DNA from: an uncultured Nitrososphaeraceae archaeon
GTDB lineage: Archaea; Thermoproteota; Nitrososphaeria; Nitrososphaerales; Nitrososphaeraceae
Assembly (NCBI GenBank): GCA_963825865.1
Contig: CAWGVG010000015.1
Coordinates: 32,001 to 96,000, forward strand
Reading direction: 5' to 3'
Length of the DNA stretch: 64,000 nucleotides
Shown: in pieces, positions 55,688-64,000 of the stretch
Numbering within the stretch: the stretch's first letter is position 1
How the letters are laid out: each line of letters opens with the position of its first letter
The notes under the pieces: generated by a model
What the model was told of the DNA's origin: nothing
The model's database searches: none
Seen by the model: the letters and a program-made list of their open reading frames with translations, nothing else
Program-made: the position numbers and the translations under genes

Positions 55688-57890
55688 ATGCCCAAGTTCA
55701 AGTCGACCCAAGATATTTTAAGAATTATTGGTAATAAAGAGCAGATCCGTAATTTTGGCGTCATTGCTCATGTTGATCATGGCAAGACAACTATGAGTGA
55801 TAGTCTTTTAGCTGCATCAGGTATTATTTCGCCTTCAGTTGCAGGTCAGGCCCTTGCACTTGATTCTATGAAGCTTGAACAAAACAGACAAATGACTATT
55901 CGTGGAGCTAATGTTACACTATTTTATGAAAATGAAGGCAAGGAATATGTGATTAATATGATCGACACTCCTGGCCATATCGACTTTACAGGAAGAGTTA
56001 CTCGCGCTCTTAGAGCAATTGATGGTGTAGTCGTTGTTTCTGATTCTGTTGAGGGTATTATGACCCAGACAGAGACTGTAACAAGACAAGCACTCGAAGA
56101 ACGAGTTAGACCGGTTCTATACATTAACAAAATTGATAGGCTGGTAAAAGAACTAAGATTAGATCCACAAGCCATGCAAAAATGGCTTTCAAATATAATT
56201 GCTGAATTTAATCGACTTATTGATATTTATGCTGAACCAGAACTTAAAGAAAAATGGAAAGTTAGTATACAGGGAAATAGTGTTGCATTTGGTTCTGCTA
56301 AGGATAGATGGGGATTTAATTTCAAAGTCGCTCAGAAAAAGGGCGTTAGTTTTAAGGATGTTTATGACGCTTATACTTCAGAAGAGCCTGGTGCTATAAA
56401 ATCACTTGAAGAAAGAGCGCCATTGCACGAGGCCATCCTAGGAATGGTTGTACAACATCACCCTCCACCCCATATCGCTCAGAGATACAGGATCCCCAAA
56501 ATTTGGCCAGGAGACTTGGAATCTGATCTTGGAAAATCGCTTTTAGCCTGTAACGAAAAAGGGCCAGCGGTGATGATGGTTACTACAATTAACGTTGATC
56601 CACAGGCGGGCAGAGTTGCAACTGGCAGGCTTTTCTCTGGTACTATCAAAGATGGTGATGAAGTATACTTAATTGATGCAAAAAGACCAGGAAAGGTTCA
56701 GTCTGTAAATATTTACATGGGCAACACTAGAGAAGTAGTGAGCATGTTACCCACAGGTAATATTCCTGCATTGCTTGGTCTTGATTACGCTGTAGCAGGT
56801 GAAACAATTTCAACTGTAAAAAATATTCCAGCATTTGAATCGATCAAGTATGTTTCAGAGCCTGTAGTTACAATTGCTGTGGAGCCTAAGCATCCAAAAG
56901 ATCTACCTAAACTTGTTGAAGCATTACGCAGAATTACTGTTGAAGATCCAAACCTTATAGTAAAGATTAACGAGGAAACAGGTGAGACTTTAATGGCAGG
57001 AATGGGTGTATTGCACCTTGAGATTGCAACATCACTTTTGCAGGAAGCAGGTCTTGATATTACGACAAGTCAACCCTTAATCAACTATAGAGAAACTATT
57101 CGTACAAAAGCAGGCCCGATCATGAGTAAATCACCGAATAAACATAACAAAATATTTATGCGTGTAGATTTACTTGGCGAAGAAATAATTGGAATGATAA
57201 AAATGGGCCAAATCAAAGAGGATATGGATAAAAAGGAATTGGCAAAGATCCTTCGTGAAAAAGGCTGGAATGCAGATGAAGCAAGAAATGTTGCTGCCAA
57301 TAGATGTTGGCGGCAATATGTTAATTGATGAAACAAAAGGTGTGCAATTTATACAAGAATCAATGGATTCTATAAAGTCAGGCTTTGATGATGTAGTCCA
57401 TTCAGGTCCTCTTGCTCATGAACCTGTAAGAGGTGTTAAGTTTGTCTTACATCACTTTGTTCCACATGAGGATCCAGCTCATAGGGGGTTAGCACAATTA
57501 ATGCCTGCAACTCGAAGATCTATGTTAGGTTCAATGCTGATCGCAGATTCAGTTTTACTTGAACCTATACTTGGCATCGAGATTAAATGTCCACAGGAAC
57601 AAATTGGTACTGTCGCTGGTATACTATCAAGTAAAAGAGGTAAGTTACTCAACGTAGAACAAAAAGGTTTAATTTCGATCATCCAAGGTGAAGTACCGGC
57701 ATCTGAGACATTTGATCTTTCCGAGGTCATGCGTGGGGGAACTGCTGGTAAAGCTATGTGGAATACTTATTTCAAAACATGGCAACCTCTTCCACAATCA
57801 ATATTTAGGAATTTAGTTGGAGAAATAAGAAAGAGAAAAGGTCTAAATCCAGAGCCACCAACTCATGATGAGTTTATCGACAAAGAATAA
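55688..57890 (+). CDS. fusA: Translation elongation factor 2; indel near 57300
   Basis: AHVDHGKTT, DTPGH, NKID, SPNKHN, diphthamide loop HEDPAHRG. Confidence 0.97.
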
Positions 57891-58046
57891 ACAGATACAA
57901 CATCTTTATTTTTTAATTATTGACTAAAAGTTGAGCCTATTTCGGGCTTTAGATGAATTTCAACTGTTTGTTTTTCCTTTTGATATCCCCTTTTCTATGT
58001 TATCATAAAGTGAATAAATAAGTATTACAAACAATAACTTATCTGC

Positions 58047-59231
58047 ATGAAACTTGACTTGCCAAGGTACACAGAAAGGTTTGGAGCCATAAGTCTCCAC
58101 GGAGTACAGCGTGTTTACGAATTGGATTCAGGATTTAACGATGATAGGACAAAATCTGAAACTATTCGTAGCGTTGGAAACGATGAGATTTCTGAAATTG
58201 AAAGGAAAATGGCTATTGTTATACCCATTAAAGGAGAGCGTTTGAAATTGCTTGAAGGGGTATTGAGCGGCATTCCTCACGATTGCTTGACAATCATAGT
58301 ATCCAATAGTCCAAGACAGCCTGTCGACAGATACAAATTGGAAAAAGAGGCACTTGAGCAATTTAATCGATTTGTAGGAAAAAATGCATTAATATTGCAT
58401 CAAAAAGATCCGGGATTATCTGATACACTAAAAGAGGTTGGCTACACCAGTATCTTTGGTCCAGAGGATACAGTCAGGAATGGCAAGGCTGAAGGAATGA
58501 TGATTGGAATGCTACTTGCGAAAATGGCCGGCAAAGAATATGTTGGATTTATTGACGCGGACAACTATGTACCTGGAGCAGTCAACGAATATGTAAAAAT
58601 ATTTGCATCAGGAATCGCAATGTCTAATACTCCTTACACGATGGTTCGCATATCATGGATTTACAAACCAAAAGTGTCTGAGAGTGGTCTATATTTCTCA
58701 AAATGGGGGAGAGTATCGGAAGTAACAAATCAATATCTTAATTCATTGATATCCTATTATACTGGCTTTGAGACTGAAATTATGCGTACAGGAAACTCTG
58801 GAGAACACTGTATGTCGATGAAATTAGCAGAGCTTTTGACTTATTCACCAGGCTTTTCGGTAGAAACATATGAAATTGTAAACATACTAGAAGAATTTGG
58901 AGGAATTGTGCCAACGGAAAATCAGGAAGCAATGGACAAAGGAGTTGAAGTAATGCAGGTAGAAACACGTAATCCCCATTTCCATGAAGAAAAGGGCGAT
59001 ATTCACTTAAAGGAGATGTTTAATGGATCGCTTGGTTGTATCTACCATAGTAATATTTGCCCTCCAAGACTAAGAGAAAAAGTCATCGAGGAACTGCATG
59101 AAAGAGGGATACTAGACGGTGGACAAGAACCATGTGTATTACAAAAAATCAATCCCTTCAAGAATATAGATATGCACCAATTTGCAAATATTCTTCATAA
59201 TCGAGCAACAAGTTTTGCTCACTCTGGCTAG
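58047..59231 (+). CDS. mpgS: Mannosyl-3-phosphoglycerate synthase
   Basis: VLSGIPHDC, GKAEGM, GFIDADNY, WGRVSE, NPHFHEEKG. Confidence 0.93.
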   Translation: MKLDLPRYTERFGAISLHGVQRVYELDSGFNDDRTKSETIRSVGNDEISEIERKMAIVIPIKGERLKLLEGVLSGIPHDCLTIIVSNSPRQPVDRYKLEKEALEQFNRFVGKNALILHQKDPGLSDTLKEVGYTSIFGPEDTVRNGKAEGMMIGMLLAKMAGKEYVGFIDADNYVPGAVNEYVKIFASGIAMSNTPYTMVRISWIYKPKVSESGLYFSKWGRVSEVTNQYLNSLISYYTGFETEIMRTGNSGEHCMSMKLAELLTYSPGFSVETYEIVNILEEFGGIVPTENQEAMDKGVEVMQVETRNPHFHEEKGDIHLKEMFNGSLGCIYHSNICPPRLREKVIEELHERGILDGGQEPCVLQKINPFKNIDMHQFANILHNRATSFAHSG

Positions 59232-59511
59232 GTAAATGAAGAATATGGTAGCAATTTACTATATAGGCAAAATATTGCTTCTACTCGCTATAAAAACTAA
59301 CATTATGACAGAAATCAGATTAACAGATAGAAAAATCTGCAGTAATTGGCAAAACTAAATTAGCAATAGCAATAATTGTAAAACCTCACTTCATAATGCT
59401 TTTAAGTCATTATGAGCAACTCTATTGTGATCTATTGTGACTGAAGTCGAGCTAGCAGCCTATCATTTAGGATGGGAATTCTAGGCTCTTCAAAAAATTG
59501 GAGATAGTAAA

Positions 59512-61225
59512 ATGTGTGGGATAGCAGGTATTCTGAGTAAGAAAGGTGAAAACGTTGTGCCGCTAATTGAACCTATGCTTTCTTGTATGGTAAATCGCGG
59601 CCCTGACGGAGCGGGGGTAGCGAGCTGATGACTTGGTTATCCTGTCAGACTCCTTCGAAAATTTGAAGTATCATAAACTTTCTGGAAGTAGTGCTCTGGG
59701 GCATTTAAGACTTGCAATAGTAGGCGGTACTTGCGGACAGCAGCCTTTTCGTAGCTGCGATAATAGGCTAACTATAGAACATAATGGTGAGATTTATAAT
59801 TATAAAAAAATTCGAAGAAAATTAGAGAAATATCATAAATTTAAAACTCAAACAGACAGCGAAGTTATTGTCCACTTATTAGAAGAGCATTTTGCTAAAC
59901 GCCACGATTTGCTCTATGCTATCAAAAAGACTGTGGCTGAACTTGATGGTGTTTATGCTATTGTTATCAAGGACGAAGTAACAGGAACCATATCTTTAGT
60001 CAGAGACAAAATAGGCGTAAGGCAGATTTACTATGGCGAAAATAATAGTTTTATCGGCTTTGCATCTGAACGAAAAGCCCTATGGAAAGTGGGAATAAAA
60101 GAACCTACAAAACGCGTGTTGCCAGGACATGCAATAATTATTACATCAAATGGTTTATTGCAAGAATTCAAAGTAGCCAATCCTCCAATACATTCATCGA
60201 AAATAGCGTACAAAACAATGGCTTCTGCTGTTAGTGCATATGAAAAATCCTTACTTGCATCCATGAAGAAACGAACGCAAGATTTCGATAGAGTTGGGAT
60301 AATTTTCTCTGGTGGTATAGACAGTGTAATTATTGCGTGGCTTGCGAAGAAAATGGTACGTGAAGTTACGTGTTACACCGGAGGGGTTAAAGATTCTAGT
60401 GATGTTGCGTTCGCACGACATATAGCTAAGAAACTCAATCTTAAACTAAGGGTTAATGAACTTAGCCAAGATGAGGTCGAACAAATAATTCCCGAGGTTA
60501 TGGATGTGATCGAGGATACAAATGCGGGACAGGTAGAGGTTGCAGTTCCAGTATATGCTGCAATAAAGCTTGCACACGAAGATGGAATTAAAGTAATGTT
60601 CACTGGACAGGGAGCTGACGAGCTTTTTGGAGGATATTCGTGGTATACAAAAGTAGTTGAAAAGGAAGGTTACCAGAAATTGCGCGACCATATGACTGAA
60701 GATTTACTTTTACTATACAGAGAGACTCTTGAAAGAGAAGATAAAATTACAATGGCACATAGTATAGAAATGCGTGAGCCCTTTCTCGACATGAGCGTAA
60801 TCAGAGTTTCGATGCAGATTGCTATGAAGCTAAATGTAAAGTCGGGAGATGACGTCTTTGGTAAACATGTACACAGAAGACTTGCACAGAAACTAGGTAT
60901 TCCCAGAAATATTGCTTATCGTATAAAGGAAGCAGCACAACATGGCTCTGGAATGCATAGTGTGTTTGATGCAATAGCCAGAAAGCATGGATTTGATGAA
61001 ACTACTATTTCAACAAGATATCTCGATATACTTAGCTCCCGCGAAAAAATTGGCAGCTCACAAAGATATGGTTATCTATTTGAAAATGAAAAAATGTGGA
61101 TCGCAGAACCACATGTACAGATGTATCTGGATAGCATTTCAAAAACACTTCCAACGTTCGAACAAAATGTGATGGCAAATCAACCAAAAGAGAAGAAAGG
61201 TTATTCTAAATCACACCACAAGTAG
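59512..61225 (+). CDS. asnB: Asparagine synthetase B-family amidotransferase; indel near 59620
   Basis: MCGIAG, RGPD, HNGEIYN, SGGIDS, GQGADELFGGY. Confidence 0.9.
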
Positions 61226-61596
61226 AAGATCCTTTGAATTATGCGGTCAAAGAGAAATGACGTGATTATTGAATAAATTCTTAAATGTGAAGTATGGTAA
61301 TTGTTTCCCGTAACGAAAAGTTAACAATGCAAAATAAACAACATTATATATCTGCCAGTCTGCAAACACTCCACCTAGCGTTTGTATGCCACCTACTAAA
61401 GAAGATGCATTGAAAGCAAGAAGCAAGCTTATTGAATCTACTCTATAATAACACTAAAAATTAATCTCGTGTAAATAAAAAGGTAGTACATAATATTGTA
61501 ATGAGAACAAGTTGTTTATATGTCAATTAAATAAAAAATTATTTTGCATAAATTGATGACAAACCTTAATTCTTAGCAAGACCATATTCAGTTATC

Positions 61597-62028
61597 ATGC
61601 CTAACGCCTTTCCAGAAGAAGATGGAGAGTATGTACAAGTAAAAATAAGTTACGTAGGTTTAGTAGATCAGTTGGGGTTAGAAGGTATTGTTGTTCTAAA
61701 GACATTTGATGGAAAAGAATTTCCCATGCGTGCTTTTTCAGGTGAGGTTGCCAGGCACATATCACGGTTTGAGGAAGGTGATAAAAATACTATACCAACA
61801 ATCTACAACCTGGTTGAAGAGATAGCAGTTATGCAAGACTTACTTCTGATTGAAGTTAGAGTTTATCTAAGTGGTTCAGTCCTACGTGCGAATCTATATT
61901 TCAAAAATCGAATGGAATATTTGGTATTAAGAAATTATCGTGCGTCAGATTCGATTGCTTTAGCATCTTATTATGATGTACCGATAAAAGTAAGAAAGAA
62001 TTTATTTGAAGAAGCAATTGAACGATGA
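61597..62028 (+). CDS. Bifunctional nuclease (DUF151) family protein
   Basis: RASDSIALA..YDVPI. Confidence 0.8.
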   Translation: MPNAFPEEDGEYVQVKISYVGLVDQLGLEGIVVLKTFDGKEFPMRAFSGEVARHISRFEEGDKNTIPTIYNLVEEIAVMQDLLLIEVRVYLSGSVLRANLYFKNRMEYLVLRNYRASDSIALASYYDVPIKVRKNLFEEAIER

Positions 62029-62038
62029 AGTTGATTGG

Positions 62039-63140
62039 TCAAGTCAATATTTCTACAAGCTTTTTTTGTGCTATTGCATTTTTAACTTCCATTGCTATTC
62101 TTCTACCAATACCCATAGTATGGCCATAATAATACTTCGCGTAAGGGCTTGTTGTTGCCATAATGGGATTACCGGGAACCCTAAGTGATACATCGTATAC
62201 CACCAAATCTAGATCTGCTGTAACAATGCTTTGTAACGAAATCGGTCCGATTATCCCAGGAGGATATTCCTTCTTGACTATTGTAGTGAATTTATCGCCC
62301 ATTTCAAATACTTTTTCTAGCATTGATTCACGTATGCTTGCTGGAGTATGGCCCACCTCGATATTATGTATGTCGATATCAATTTCCATTTGCTGCCTAG
62401 CAGGCAATGACGTAGTGAAGTCGTGGAGGTTAGTTTGCAATCTTCTTTCGATTCCAAGGAACTCTGTCTCTCCTGATAGTGGTGAATGGAAAAAGTTTAA
62501 GTTGAAATAAGTTCCAACTACATATTCTTCGATGGTGGAAGAGTTGAGATCTTTTTCATTAATGAGTCCCTGTTGTATCTTTAACTTTGTTTTCCTCTCG
62601 TAATCTTCATACGACGCCACAATTAGAAATGCCCTTTCTAATTTTCGTTTTGCTTCCCGAACTTTAACCACTGCTAGACCGTCAATGTCAGAAGGTTTTT
62701 TGTAAATCCTCGGATGTCTAATGTTTGCCTTCTCAAGGAGATGATACTGATTTCTTGTTGAAGTTCGCTCTTCTGCTCGCAAGAGTTGCCGGTTTCCAAA
62801 GATAGGTATCTCTAGATTGTTTTCGATATTGTCATAGCCCAGATAAGCAGTAAAAGCACGGTGAGCAATCATTATGGTATTTAATTGTCGTAATTTTTTT
62901 TGATTTTCTCTTTTCATGATATCGGAGAACTTATCAAGCAAAATGATTTCATCAGTCAATCGTTTAAATCGCTGATAAGGAATCTCTCTGCCTCTCTGGC
63001 ATATGCAAAGAGTCTTCATATTTTCATCTTTGGCACCATCCATAATCTCTAACGCAGAATGGCTTCCTATCGTACCAATGGTAATACCATCCAGCTCGTA
63101 TTTATTGACAATGCTTGCTACCTGCTGCCTGATTAATCAT
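62039..63140 (-). CDS. purP: PurP-family ATP-grasp ligase (FAICAR synthetase-like); small 5' indel
   Basis: GTIGSHSAL, FGNR.LLRAEER, GHTPASIRES, DVSLRVPG. Confidence 0.9.
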
Positions 63141-63303
63141 TCTTTATACTACGGCCTCACGAATGATTGGAATAAAAAAACGTTTCTATGGAAGATTCTA
63201 TAAATTTTGTTATTGATTCTGGACTATAAAAAATCAGTTGATGAAATAATGGTTAAGTACAATTAGCTACCGTTGAGCGATATTCAAACTATGTAGCGTC
63301 ATA

Positions 63304-63639
63304 TTATTGAACTTTGTTATTGCTCTTGTTAATCTCTGATTCTATCGCCGTTCTAAGATCCTCGTCGTTCTTGTTTGAGTAATCAATTCCTAGTGTATCA
63401 GCTATTGATTCAAGCTTTTCTCTATCGATATTATTTGTTCTATTTTGATTTTTAATTTGTTGAATCTCTCTTTTTGATTCAATTTTAGCCTTTTCAAATT
63501 CTATAGATGCTTTGCCAAAGGATCTGGCAAGCTCTGGGATTTTCTTTACACCAAAAAATAGTGCTGCAATTATTACGACAATAATTATTATCTCAGCCCC
63601 ATTGAGAATACCCATTAGGAGGTTCGTTAACCCGAGCAT
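63304..63639 (-). CDS. tatA: Twin-arginine translocase TatA/E
   Basis: FFGVKKIPELARSFGKA. Confidence 0.9.
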   Translation of the reverse strand: MLGLTNLLMGILNGAEIIIIVVIIAALFFGVKKIPELARSFGKASIEFEKAKIESKREIQQIKNQNRTNNIDREKLESIADTLGIDYSNKNDEDLRTAIESEINKSNNKVQ

Positions 63640-63682
63640 TTACAGATGTATATGGGAATATTAACAATTTAAGTGTTGATTT

Positions 63683-64000
63683 TTAATAATAGTATGTGTT
63701 TGTCATTCTCTTTTCTCTTCTCTCAATTGATATCATCCCTATAAGGTATAATGCGATCATGGGTCCTGCAACCAACCACATAGTAACTCCACTACCATCT
63801 GGAGTTATTATAGCACCAAAAATTACCAAAATAAAAGCAGCATATCTAAAGTTTTTTCTCCAGAATCTGGCATTAATTATACCAGTCAATGATATTGCAT
63901 ACATGACGATAGGAAGCTCAAATGCAATTCCAAATCCAAGAAAGAATTGCAGAACGAATGAGATAAAGTCATTGATATTAAGGAAGGTCTCTACGCCAAT
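63683..64000 (-). CDS. tatC: TatC, 3' part; runs off the window end
   Basis: FGIAFELP, FRYA, GAIITPDGSGVTM, PMIALY. Confidence 0.9.
   Translation of the reverse strand: MGVETFLNINDFISFVLQFFLGFGIAFELPIVMYAISLTGIINARFWRKNFRYAAFILVIFGAIITPDGSGVTMWLVAGPMIALYLIGMISIERREKRMTNTYYY

Noticed and set aside
8988-62510. Many antisense ORFs in the ORF track (e.g. 8988-9464, 30151-30501, 33425-33892, 62163-62510)
   Set aside because: They are shadows of well-supported genes on the opposite strand, with no motifs of their own.
29726-63140. Frameshifts in leuS, alaS, aspS, gatCAB, EF-2, asnB, purP and mqnE as pseudogenisation or programmed frameshifting
   Set aside because: Many are essential genes with intact motifs, and the single-base indels are scattered, often at homopolymers. 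This is typical of uncorrected long-read error, and the same caveat applies to split ORFs in the island.

Overview
AT-rich archaeal DNA, most likely a soil ammonia-oxidising archaeon (Nitrososphaerales), judged from the gene set, the futalosine pathway, MpgS and an intron-containing tRNA-Phe. Essential genes (leuS, alaS, aspS, gatA, gatB, EF-2) carry single-base frameshifts, so the assembly has long-read-type indel errors and split ORFs were re-joined by eye. The right part (~29.7-64 kb) is ordinary chromosome: leuS, alaS, aspS-gatCAB, TIGR00300, HD hydrolase, pduO, tRNA-Phe, ilvA, HMG-CoA synthase, mqnC/E/D, EF-2, mpgS, asnB, DUF151, purP, tatA/C. Between htrA and the leuS 3' end (~5.4-29.7 kb) lies a ~24-kb integrated island. 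It has one tyrosine integrase and two tandem plasmid-like units with non-homologous replication genes (MCM plus AEP-PriX primase; prim-pol plus P-loop helicase). Both helicase genes end in the same Zn-finger tail and contain an ori-like inverted-repeat structure. The two units share a duplicated 3-gene module. The island also carries two cas-less CRISPR mini-arrays bordered by an 11-7-11 palindrome, defence-like cargo, and a dispersed ~200-nt repeat that folds with G-U wobble pairs and sits at cargo-gene junctions. This CRISPR-armed, cassette-like island is the best candidate for an undescribed system. No database search was possible, so novelty is untested.
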